A stretch of DNA of 64,000 nt from Octopus bimaculoides (Eukaryota). A program made the position numbers and the translations under genes. Numbering within the stretch: position 1 is the stretch's first letter; every line of letters begins with the position of its first letter. The notes under the pieces were generated by a model. The model saw only the letters and a program-made list of their open reading frames with translations, had not been told where the DNA came from and did no database searches. Below are positions 35,962 through 64,000 of this stretch, piece after piece. The stretch covers positions 129,417,567 through 129,481,566 of the forward strand of contig NC_068984.1 in assembly GCF_001194135.2 (NCBI RefSeq), in the 5' to 3' direction.

Positions 35962-38130
35962 TAAGGATAAGATCATTATTTAAAATACCAATCTTATCAG
36001 GTGGCCAACATGGGAATAAGAACCTTCAAAGGTAATAATTATTACTAAAATTATAATTTAGGGTATCTAAGAGATACCATCACGCTGGAAATAGCAGCCA
36101 AAACTTGACTCTAAAACCACATTAAATGTTCATACATATATATATATAAAAATAAAAGGTGAGCTGGCAGAATCGTTAGCATGCCAAGAGAAATACTTAG
36201 TATTTTGCCTGCCACTGAGTTCTGAGTTCAAATTCTGCCAGGATCCACTTTGCCTTTCATCCTTTCAGGTTCAATGAAATAAGTACCAGTTACATACTGG
36301 GGTCAATGTACTCGACTATCCCGTCTCCCAAAGTTTCAGACCTTGTGCCTACTATGGTAGAAAGGATTATATGTATATATATATTACTTATCTGTACTTT
36401 GCACTTTACTCCTTTAGAGGGTCTAAAAATATATTGCATCCCTTTCTACAAAACTTGAATTTCTATCAAATACCCTCTTTAGGTGTTCTTTGCGAAATAT
36501 TACTTATGGACTATAGCACAAAAATTGAATATTTGTTTGCTGTATTCTATTCTTGTAGAAACATATACTCATGTATCCATCTCAACTTTATGTTACTTAA
36601 TTAAAAACATGACAGACACTATTGTCACAAGAAACGATATTAAAATTAACGTTCACATACCTCATGTTGTAAGCATCAAAGATTTAAGTAAAAATGCATA
36701 TTAACTAAGGAAAAGACTACAATAAGCTCAGTGAATGTTATTTTAAAATTTTGGATAAGGCGAATAACTACGGACATACTTTTGTTTCATTACATATGTA
36801 GTATTTGATTAGAGTGATAGCAGTTGAGGTCAACAATTGAGCAAGAACCATAAATATCAATGGAGAAGTGAGTGGATAAAGAGATCAGCGAATAAACTCC
36901 TTTTTTTTTTTTCCCCCACAAGACATTGTCACAGTTCTGAAGAAGGTTAAATTATTTTGGTAACAGCAAGAAGGAAGAATTGTGGCCAATGAATGAATAA
37001 ATATATATATATATATATGTATGTATGTATGTATGTGTATATGTTTGTGTGTCTGTGTTTGTCCCCCCAACATCGCTTGACAACCGATGCTGGTGTGTTT
37101 ACGTCCCTGTAACTTAGCGGTTCGGCAAAAGAGACCGATAGAATAAGTACTAGGCTTACAAAGAATAAGTACTGGGATCGATTTGCTTGACTAAAGGCAG
37201 TGCTCCAGCATGGCCGCAGTCAAATGACTGAAACAAGTAAAACAGAGTAAAAGATACTTTTCCTAATAGGGGAGAGTTTGGAGCCTGAGACACACCCACC
37301 TCTCCTCACAAGGGTCTTTGATGTCGTCACTTCATCTTCATCCCCTACATTGCTCCCAAAGATGTGAGCACAAAGATTCTGGGCACATGGGGAAAATATT
37401 GCAGTTTTCATTATTACCATCACTAACATTCATTCTGTTTTCATCACCTCCAGAAATTAATTTTATGTCCTATGGGCTGCCCAACTAATCTTCAGCACAA
37501 CCACTACACTCTTGGAGTGGTTGGCATTAGGAAAGGCATCCAGCTGTAGAAATTCTGCCAGATCAGATTGGAGCCTGGTGCAGCCTTCTGGCTTGCCAGT
37601 CCTCAGTCAAATCGTCCAACCCATGCTAGCAGGGAAAGCGGACATTAAACGATGATGATGATGATGGACAATAAATTGCTGTTATGTATAACATGAATTC
37701 ATATGAGGGCTTTTATTTATTTATTTATTATGTGAATTACTCTAGAGGAAAAAGCTGTGCCCATGACTTTTGTAGGCTGTCCTAGATGAGTGAGTCAAGT
37801 CAGTGAATGTTCCTTTTGAAGAGTGAAGATCATAAGCAGGGAAAACATCGACACGAAGAGAATCCCTGAAGCAAAGAGGTTAGAGCATGGACATAGGTGA
37901 TGCAAGGAAGAGAGGTGTGCTGGAGTAAAGGTGGCATGAGACCAGCCATCTCCAATGAGCAGAGGCCACCTTGACAGAAAAGGCACAGAGAGGACATAAC
38001 ATGTTTGTCAGCCAGGAGTTGGAGTGTACTGGTGAGTAGCCAATTTCGAAGTTACTGGTTTGAATGAGCCAGTTGAAATCTAATGCTTATAGGTGTGATA
38101 AGACCCTGGGGGAAGAGAGATTGCAAGATT

Positions 38131-38268
38131 ATGCACCAGATGTAGGGTAGCTGTCATACTACTATGTACCACAGCTATAGAGCAATTCTCATACAATCAT
38201 GTACCATAGTTACAGTGCAGGACTCTTACTATCATGTACTACAGCTTTAGGGCAGCTCCAACATGTAT
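38131..38268 (+). repeat. Degenerate minisatellite, about 35-bp period, 4 units
   Basis: Units begin atgcacc (38131), atgtacc (38164, 38199) and atgtact (38234). Confidence 0.7.
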
Positions 38269-38625
38269 TATTATCTCCCAACTTGGCCTGAACACATGCA
38301 ACAGAATAAACTTTGATAAAGGCACCAAGAGCCAGGAAGTAATGTTAAACTTGGTGGCAAGTTTGGACCAGTTGCTTTTGATAGAACTTGTCATTAATCT
38401 TCTCAGTTGGACTCAGCAGTGTTAGAAAAGTTTTAGTCATTCAAGAATATTAAAGGGAGAGAATCCTATACCATGTTAGACTTTATATTAAAAGACTGCA
38501 TATGTATAATATTCAGTAAAGCCTTTAAGGAAGAAGGGAGTCTGATGAGGGATGAAATAAGGGTTAGGGTACAGTCAATAAGATCTGATTGGCAGAATTC
38601 ATTATCCAATGTTAGGAGAGAGAGG

Positions 38626-39115
38626 TTTTTTTTTTTTATTGGACTACTTAAAGTATTGTCATGTCTTGCAAACAACTCGCACATGCAAGTGCTACCAGTC
38701 GAGAACTTCACATACTGGAAGCCAGCAAGTGTATGGGGTCATCAGGAGAGAATGCACACCGTTTCGGGGCCTACCTCTCGACGGCATCAATGCGCACCGG
38801 CCCCCCTCACTGATATGAGGCCCCGCTTGCTAGATCAACTGGTTATTAAAAACAAAGCTAAATATTTCTCTAGCCATCGCTCATCGTCTCTTTTTAACCA
38901 AATCCAGAGGCTAGCCTTCTCCACTGTAGTTTGGATATCACTAATGTTGGTATTTACCTTACGATGAGTTAGGCCTAACGATAACAGCAGTTGTCTCACA
39001 CTGTGTCCTACAAACCCTCTACATCCAACTTCGATTGGAAAATGCTCCGCTTTCCAGCCTGTGTCTTCACATTTCTCAAGGAGGTTTACATAACGGTCAA
39101 TCTTTCGAGCCCGCT
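38626..39115 (-). mobile_element. 5'-truncated RLE non-LTR retrotransposon (HERO/NeSL-like): ORF C-terminus, 3' UTR and polyA
   Basis: RARKIDRYVNLLEKCEDTGWKAEHFPIEVGCRGFVGHSVRQLLLSLGL...VEKASLWIWLKR; ends CCAAT(A)12. Confidence 0.82.
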
Positions 39116-41789
39116 AACATTAGACAGAATTCATTGAAGCAGATTTTCTAGTTATATAACCTTCATGTTGGTAACCCTCACCTGTTCCCATGCAAGGTAA
39201 TATTTCCCCATAGTCAGACACAATTTTCATGGTAGAGTGGAAGCCAACAGCATTGCTTGTATGATAGCAGCACTCATTTTTAGAACCATTCAGTGATCTC
39301 AAAGCAAATGGGTATCCACACGCATTCATACATATTTTTTTTATCTTACTCGTTCAGTCATTGGACTGTGGCAATGCTGGGGTACCACCTCGAAGAGTTT
39401 AGCTGAACAAATCAACTCCAGCACTTTTTTTTTTAGTCTCTTATTTATTTTATTGGTTTCTATTCCAAACCACTAAGTCACAGGGACATAAACAAACCAA
39501 CACCAGTTGTCAAGTGGTAGTGGGAGACAAACACACACAATGGTTTCTTTCAGTTTCCATGTACCAAATCCACTTACAAGGCTTTAGTTGGCCTGAAGCT
39601 ATAGTAGAAGACATTTACCTGAAGTGCCACTCAGTGGGACTGAACCTGGAGCTATGTGGTTAGGATGGTCCATGGCTATAGCACAAAACACTAGCTCAAG
39701 ATGACATACAATTAACCTGAGCCAGAAACCATACGGTGTGAAGCAAACTTTTTAAACCACAGAGCTATGCCAATGGAATGACCATGACATTTCTGTAGTT
39801 AGTCTTACTGGGTCAATGAGAAATAAAGCTATCATTGTTTGTTGAATATCATCTCATAATGATGTTACTATATTGTTTCTTTCTTTATTGCCATTGTGTC
39901 TAACTAAGTGAGAAAAGAATGATACTTATTTATCAGTAGATTCACAGCTGGCCAACATTGTAATGTTATCAAACTAGCTGAAGAGTCGATCCATATTTCT
40001 ATCTCTTCACTCGCGTTGTACCATATCCATACCTCAAACACTTAACTCTCTTGTCCCTACTAAAATGTCATGAGTCAACATTAAATAACAAAAATGAAAC
40101 CACATTAAATCAATCATTTTATTGGGTTATATAATAAATTATATTTCTTTTTTTTTTTTATATTACAAAAAAATTATTTTTTAACAGATTCATAATTAAA
40201 TCAATGGGACATTGACAAATAAAAAGTGTCTGAAAATAATAAAATACATATATGACCTGAGTTAACCAGATATCAATATAACATTGATATGCATTTAAGT
40301 AAGTTATGAAAGAATTTTTTATTTACATCATTATTACACTTGTTAATTAGCTAGCATGACTTAAATGATTTAAAAAAAGAAAATGTAAATATTTTATTAA
40401 AATGCAGTAAGAATTTTTACAAATAAATGAGCATACACACACACACACAAAGTAAATCCAACATTTACTTTATACTCTGTAGAATTATATTTCACGAGAG
40501 CATTTAGTGAACTATTTAAGTATTTGAGAGCTGCATGTATGTGATAATTATCATTAGTCACCATCATTATTCAAGGTTACAAATAAAATAATTCTAATAT
40601 AGAATTAATTCATATGCTCTATTAAGTGTTGTATAATATTCACCACATATTAATTGGTTTCAAATTTTGACACAAGGCCAGCAATTTCAGGGAAGGGAAA
40701 GGTCGATTACATTGACCCCAGTATTCAAATGATACTTGTTTTATCAACCCTGGAAGGATCAAAAGCAAAGTCAACCTTAGCGGAATTTGAACTCAGAATG
40801 TAAAGATGGATGAAATGCTGCTAAGCATTTTGTCTGGCATGCTAACGATTCTGCCAACTCACCTCATATTAACTGACAATCAACCAAGCTGGATAAGTTT
40901 ATACAAAAACGAATTATATAATGACAGCCATCCAAGAATTCAAACAAATATAAAGAAAAATTAAGTAATTCTATAAGGATCTATGAACACTTAAAAAAAT
41001 ATGAGAGTGAGAGAAAAATAAGGAAACTAGTTAAAAATAATTTACACTTAAAAAAAAATGTGTGAGAGAAAAATGAGAAAACTAGTCAGAAATAATTCAA
41101 GAGAAACATTATCATAAGGCCTCCTTCCTGGCTTTTGTTGTCAACCTGGATTCATCAGTCCTTCGACATGCTGGTAGTCAACCAAACAATGAGGTGTGCC
41201 CCACATATCCAGCTTCTCTTATACCAGGTCTTTGCCTAAATGGAGACCATACTACAGTTTGACAAGCAATCCTGTAATGTAAAAGCATGGGATGCAGTAT
41301 GATCGTCTGGACATACTGCACTCTCTCCATTACATGGAATCTGAGTAATGTGGACTTGGTCAGATTATAACAGATACTTCTCCTCTGTACTTACTGTTGG
41401 TTGTATGTTATTCATTTGGCCAGGCACAATGAAACCACACATGTCCTAAACTCCATATATTTGTAGTTTATGAATGTATTATATGCCAAGTATTTATTTT
41501 ATCAACCCTGGACGGTTGGAGAGGAAATTGGATCCTAGTAGGATCTGGGCTCAGAATATAACTAAATACCACAAGGTGTTCAATTTAGCACTATTATTTC
41601 AGTTACCTAACTTTCTGACATGACTTATTCCGTTAAGTTGGATTCAAAAGAGGTTTATCTAAAAGACCCAGTTTTAAAAAATCACTGGCTCTTTTAAGGT
41701 GGACATGTCTTTCACATGGATTAAAACTGAATCAAGACAATCAGAGTTATCTTACTTGATTATTATGTAACCCATAAAAGAAGATACAA

Positions 41790-42960
41790 ATTCTTGTCAT
41801 AAATTGTTGTACTTCATTCTGGCAGTTGTAGAATCGTTAAAAGTTGGCAATGACCAAATGAATATTTTATGCATCAAACTAGAAAGTAAATCTGGAATCA
41901 AAACACGGCCATTTCAAGATGATCCATTAGGTTATCCTGAGATAATGGTTGCTGCCAGCTATGATTATTGTGATAAGAGAAAATGAACAGGATTGTTGGC
42001 AACCTGATGAATAATCCCTAGGTAAAAAGCATTTTGAAGATGATATTGTCTGTAATGAAGAATGAATTGTTCTACTAATCTACTTGAGAACCTTAATGAT
42101 GAAAGGTATACATGATGATGTACATTGTGGAACAAAGGTAACAAGGAATTGGTTGAAATTCGAAGCATGGTAACCAGCTTACTGTGAAGATGTGGAACGA
42201 TATTTAAACACCCAGCATGTTCTAGATTTAAAACGGAATTACTTCACAGCACACACGTGGCCTAAAAAAAAATTATAAATGCTCGGAGTGGTTGGCGTTA
42301 GGAAGGGCATCCAGCTGTAGAAACTCTGCCAAATCAGACTGGAGCCTGGTGTAGCCATCTGGTTTCACCAGTCCTCAGTCAAATCGTCCAACCCATGCTA
42401 GCATGGGAAGCAGACGTTAAACGACGATGATGTGTCTAAGGATCGTGCTTATTTAGGACTATTCACAATACTTGCTGATGTACATTCTAGGTGGCCAGAA
42501 AAGAATTATGAATGTAAAAAGTACAAAAAAAGAAAAAGAAAAGAAGCAATCAATCTTTCTTGGGCCCCTCAATTTCTGTTGCAGATACAGTGATCCTTAT
42601 CCAGACTGCATATCACTACTTGCATCACTTCTTATACATGGTGTCCCACTTTTGTTGCAAGTCCAATAGTAAAGAACATCTGAGCACATAAAACTGGTGT
42701 TGGTATCGGAGCCAGTTGTCCAGATTAATGATGTTACAAAAGAAATTACTAAAAAGACTAATACAAGTGAAAAGGTTATATCAAGAATACTTTCACAAAA
42801 CAGACATCCAGTACTAACCACAACTGAAACAAGAAACAAGATACTAAAATTTGGAAAGGGAAGCCATGGAGATTGTATGGCATATTTGAAGAGTAGAGAA
42901 TTTTCTGCTTGTTTTTTGTTTTGTATTATAGGCTATTAGAATTTATTTTTTAAACAAAAT
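41790..42960 (+). pseudogene. Ty3/Gypsy integrase relic interrupted by an RTE tail (42285-42432)
   Basis: HDDVHCGTKVTRNWLKFEAW*PAYCEDVERY (42111-42205), resembling the HHCC zinc-binding domain; HGVPLLL segment downstream. Confidence 0.55.
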
Positions 42961-43274
42961 TTGCTGTTTACCAAAAGTAACATCTGTGCATACTTTAAGA
43001 TGGACTTGACAAATAACAGAATCCAATTATGAAATATATAAAGGGATTTCAAATACCACATGTTGATGCATTATCACAGTTAGAATTTATTAAAAATGTT
43101 GGTTGGAATGAACATCATGATGATGATGATGATGATTCTTTGAATCATCTTGAAAAAATTGACACAATGTAAAAATATAAGATTGGATACTGTCAATTAA
43201 TCATGTTTCATCGGGCATATTAAAAAGGATTTTTAATAATAATAATCGAAGCAATAATTGCATTCAAAAGTCAT

Positions 43275-43500
43275 TTAACCATTTAGCATCCAGATTATTG
43301 TCAAATATAATGTGTATTTATTCACATTATTTTGAATTAATCATGCACTATCTTGTAGCTTTGAGATTATGATGACGCATTTGCTTACTTTCGGAATGAT
43401 ATTGCAGGATAGCCGTGAGAGGCCTGATCTAGTCAGTTTGAACACAAAACACATAGAATATTTGGGTTCGATATGGTTGGTTTGAATGCTAAAAGGTAAA
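43275..43500 (-). mobile_element. TTAA MITE family D, older copy
   Basis: ttaaCCATTTAG...CTAAAAGGtaaa. Confidence 0.75.
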
Positions 43501-44584
43501 GTTATTAAAAAATAAGTAATAAATGGATTTAAAAGCATAGTCATAAAGTAAAGGTTCTATTAGTGCAATATTCATATTGCATGTTTTTTGAGTTATCAGA
43601 CAACCTCTTGTGCACAATGACTTCTTAGTTCATCTGCTTCAATGGATAAACAAATATGATAACCACTAACAATGTCTTATGAAGATTGCAGCTCTAGTTT
43701 GATCTCAATGCAGAAGAACCACAAGAAGTTGAATTTATATGTCAAGTAGGAAATAACACAGCTGTGATTCTTAAGGGTGAACAGAATAAACCAGTTGATA
43801 CAGATCAAATGAAATAATACCTGCCATAAATATTGAAAGTGAACATAATGTAGATTCAGTCTCTGAAGTTTGGAGTGAATCTATTAATTACTGATACAGG
43901 AACAAATGGTAATTAATGGTATTAAGTGCAATTAGTGGATAATGGTGCAGGTATGACACTGTCGTAAGAAGCTTACTTTCTAACCATATGGTTCCAGGTT
44001 CAGCCCCACTGCATGGCACCTTAGGCAAGTGTCTTCTACTATAGCCTGTAACCTCGGACCAACCAAAGCCTTGTGAGTGGATTTCGTAGATGGAAACTGA
44101 AAGAAGCTTGTCGTGTGTGTGTGTCTGTTTGTCCCCCCCACCACCACTTGACAACATCCCCACAACTTAGCAGTTCAGCAAAAGAGACTGACAGAATAAG
44201 TGCCAGGCTTTAAGAAATAAGTCCCGGAGTTGATTTGTTCGACTAAAACTTTCAAGGCAGTGCCCCAGCATGGCGGTAGTGACCCCTCATGGTAGCAGTC
44301 CAATGACAGAAACAGGTAAAAGATAATGAAATATAAAAGAATGAAAGCAATCAAAACAATTCATTTGCAGGAAATGTGAAAGTAATGATTTCTCTAATGT
44401 TGTTGTAGGGACTGCATGTTTTATATAATGATTAAGTTTATTTAAGGTGGTTACTAGTTCAATGTTGAATGAAGTTTATAAATATATGAGATCACATGTA
44501 CTATGGTTTCACTTGGATAAATGCAGTATGACAAGACAATAACAATTTGTTCTTTAGATACAAGGCTAACCTTTTCTAAGTTCA

Positions 44585-45378
44585 TTAAGGTAAGTGAAAT
44601 TAGGGATCTTTTCTGCTGCTGTCACAGTTTTCTATTTTCTTAATTTTGTTCTAATTGTTCTCAAATTTGATGTACTGATGTAGTTTTGTATGCTAATTAC
44701 AGAAACAAGGAAGAACAGAGATCATCAGTGATCCAATTTTTCTGGTCTGAAGGTGTGTCAGGGGCTGAAATTCATAGTAGGCTTTCAGCACAATATAAGG
44801 ACAGCACTCTATCATGCAGATGTATGTATAAGTGGAGTGAGAAGTGTAAAAATAGCCAGACAGGTATGAAGCACAATGACGATGAAGATTCAACAAGCTC
44901 AAGAGATGGTTCTGATGAACTAACAAGTGACTACTGATGAAGCAGTATGTTCTCTGCAAATTAGTCACGGTTTTGTATACAAAACCATCCACTTCCAGAA
45001 AGTGTGCGTGAGATGGGTGTATGACAATGCACACCCACACCACTGAAACCACTGAAAAATTGGGTTTCAAGTTACCGGAACGCATTGCTCACAGCCCAGA
45101 TTTCAACCCTTCCAACTATCACCTCTTTAAACCACTCAAATATCCTTTACAAGGTCGTTGATTTGCTATGGACTAAGAAGCATAGAAACCGATGCATAAA
45201 TGGCTGCACAACCAGCCGTAAACCTTCTCCAAAGAAATAAGCAAGCTTGTGGACCACTGGAAGAATTGCATCAAAAAGCAAGGAGACTATGTTGAAAAAT
45301 GATATAATTGTTCGACTCTTGCTTTTGTTTTAATAAATTACAGAAACAAGAGTGTGTATGATTTTTGACTTACCCTAG
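44585..45378 (+). mobile_element. Internally deleted mariner element (pseudogenised transposase)
   Basis: EQRSSVIQFFWSEGVSGAEIHSRLSAQY (HTH), FQKVC.RWV, DNAHPH, HSPDFNPSNYHLF...WKNCIKKQGDYVEK*; imperfect TIRs taaggtaagtgaaat / atttttgacttaccctag. Confidence 0.88.
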
Positions 45379-47509
45379 CAGAAGAAACTGAAACACCTTT
45401 TATCAAAAACCAGCTCAACTAAGCTAATCAGGGGCTTAACAACAACAACATGCCATGTTGGTTAACAATAAATAACATTCTATTTAAAATAATCATTACA
45501 ACAATATTCCCTTCTATGTTATCATATCTGTTTTTAGCTTGACTATATTCTGTATTGCATAGTGCCTATGCACTGTCCTCACAGATTCAGCATATACACA
45601 TGAGACTTTTCTTTGCTACAATTACAGCCAACACGTCTTGGAGGTGATTCACTGTACAAGACTGAATCAGGGGTACTATCATTTATTTCATTAGAATGAC
45701 TTAAAACCTTGAGTGCAGACCATTCAACAAAAACATTCCTCTTCTCAATTACTGGTTTGTTTAACAGAAGACAGTTGTAAAGGGTAGAAAAGGTCCAGCT
45801 GTCTTGTTCTTCCTTACTATTGATATAAATTTTCGTTAAAAAAATAGTGTAGTAGATACTGTTATGATTTAGCATCCATTTTGGTTGCCCTAATTTCACT
45901 TAGACATTTTGTCTCTAATCTTACTTACACCATCAGATTTTCTTATTCTATTTGATAACTCAAACACTTCACTCTCAACCAATCAACAAACAGAAATTAA
46001 ACTGCAGCATGAAAAGGAAATTTCCTTTTGAGATCTTTCTTTAGTTCAAGGACAAGTTTGTAAAAGAAGACAGATTTTTGTGTTGTTGATCTGCTCAACT
46101 CCTGTATATTATTGATATTCATTTTACCAATTCAAGGATGTGATGCAATATGCTTGTGACGTGACAGGCATTCCCTATCCTCGTAAATCTATTACTGTTA
46201 TCTGCTCAGCCACTGTATTTCTTGAAGCCATCTGAAATATCAAAAGCAATAAGCATCAATGTAAATAACAAAAAAAGTAGAATAGCTTTAGATTATTGAG
46301 ATTTTATGATGATGATAGGCCATATGAAAGACATAGTTATGATAAAACATAAATTGTGAAAAAAAGCTAGATTGAGTTACGTAATTGAAATTATGCATAA
46401 TTTACAGAAATAGAAGTCATGATTTGCTTCTCTAATCTCAAAAATAAGTACACCTTCTCCTTGACTTACAACCAAGCTCCGCTCCAACTGACAGGTTGTA
46501 AGTCGATCGGGTCATATGTCGGATTTATATTTTTCAACACTACCTCGTTTGGCAACAGGTGGGGGTTGGTGGCAGGAAGGGCATCCGGCTGTAGAAAACT
46601 TGCCACACAAATAGCGCTGCACTATTTTCATTCAAACGCAACTGATGCTTGAAAGTGACTGAGTGAAGGACAGTGACTGAGTGAGCTTGGGTCTGAGGGA
46701 GGCCTGCATTGCCAAGATGCTGCCATAGTGATCATATGTGCAGCTGCCCAACGTCCAAAAATCTATTTGCTATTTATTTATTTATTTTTTAATTTATTTT
46801 TTGTGGTCATAAATGCAGATGGTCAGTAGTCACATAGGTTGTAAGTCAAGGAGAAGGTGTATAGATTATTCTTTGGTATGTATAACCACTCTAGAATGTA
46901 CTTACCAAGCACCATTTGTATTTTTGATGGCCCACTTTATACGTATATGTTCTTATCACATCATCCTGCTTTCACATACAGTTTCTTGAATATTTCATAT
47001 TTTTTCATTAACAGCATTCTGTTCATTTCCCTTAGTTTTCTTCATTATTTTGTGACATAAACCTGTCCTTTTAACAGTGCAACTAACGATGAGATACTTT
47101 TGTTTTGTCCTTGCTTCCATGTGTAACATAAAACAACACAGTCTGTTTCATAATTCAACTTGTATGTTGAATATTTGAATAAACCTTTGAAATATCTAGA
47201 ACCTTGATTAGAGGCGACCATTGAAAGATTTTTCATTAATATTTGTCAGTTTTCCCTTAAGTATTCCTCACATTTTATCTCATCTTTGAGAGCTTTCTAT
47301 TTTTAATCCCAACGACCATTCACTAAAGTGAAAAAATTAAATATTGCTATATTCAAAGATAAAATTCATTTTCTTCAACAAGGCAGAATAAGAACTTTTA
47401 ATGTCAATTTTTGAGGTGTTAAATTAATAACAGTTTCTGACCAAAAATATTTGACCAAATTGAGAAAATGATTAAATTATTATTTCCTTTTTGCAACAAA
47501 GTTGATAAT

Positions 47510-63257
<15,748 letters not shown>

Positions 63258-63799
63258 CTGATTAAGAAAAAAAGAAAAATTGAGACAAAGATAGAGAACA
63301 TGTTCAAAGTAAAGAAAATTTCATTACAGAATATAATTAGAAATGTTCACGATCTCATCACCATGAAAATCATCGTTGTTTAAACATACACTTCTTCATG
63401 CTTGCATGGGTCGGGTGGAATTTGTTGAGACAGATTTTTTACAGCCAGATGCTGTTTGTCACCAACCCTCAAGTGTTTCAAAGGTCATTTTTTTTTTCTC
63501 CATGGCTGAACATGTTTCCACAGAAGCTTGGAAATGAAGGACACCACTTGTGTAGCAGTGACACTCATTTACAACAATCACACGATATTAAGACAGGGAT
63601 ACATCAACTCACACNNNNNNNNNNNNNNNNNNNNNNNNNNNNNNNNNNNNNNNNNNNNNNNNNNNNNNNNNNNNNNNNNNNNNNNNNNNNNNNNNNNNNN
63701 NNNNNNNNNNNNNNNNNNNNNNNNNNNNNNNNNNNNNNNNNNNNNNNNNNNNNNNNNNNNNNNNNNNNNNNNNNNNNNNNNNNNNNNNNNNNNNNNNNN

Positions 63800-63847
<48 letters not shown>

Positions 63848-64000
63848 GACAGCTTTCTTTCAGTTTCCTGAAAGTTTTTCACAAGTATCAAAAAGTTTAA
63901 CCATTTTGCTTCCAGCCTTAAAGATTTGATTCCTTATATCCAAATGTTTACATAAAGTATTTAAAGATTTAAATGATAAAAAAAATACATTGGACAATAC

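Overview
This is AT-rich, repeat-dense eukaryotic (animal) genomic DNA from a gapped draft assembly. The repeat families look cephalopod (Octopus-like); that is inference from family style, not a database hit. There are no CRISPR arrays or prokaryotic operons. Two intron-containing genes lie on the minus strand, both truncated by the window. (1) The 3' part of ERCC6/CSB, a SNF2 ATPase: 12 exons at 63257..47510 that join in frame into 844 aa plus stop; its 5' exons lie beyond 64000. (2) The 5' part of an Aralar/citrin-type Ca2+-binding mitochondrial aspartate/glutamate carrier (SLC25A12/13): ATG at 33784, five in-frame exons down to 786, a 28-kb second intron, and a candidate 81-nt cassette exon. 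The rest is tRNA-derived SINEs (at least 4 families), RTE LINE 3' ends, a HERO/NeSL-type RLE retroelement end, Gypsy relics, two mariner fragments, TTAA (piggyBac-like) MITEs, and microsatellites. The most notable unannotated signals are several Penelope/retrozyme-type minimal hammerhead ribozyme relics (best at 35693-35781), an 8-bp-TSD foldback element with a head-to-head telomere-repeat hairpin, two local templated insertions, an unusual EF-hand configuration in Aralar, and inverted-repeat pairs that could be ADAR substrates. I see no clearly intact novel system. Repeat boundaries are approximate; exon boundaries were counted by hand and checked for GT-AG and phase.
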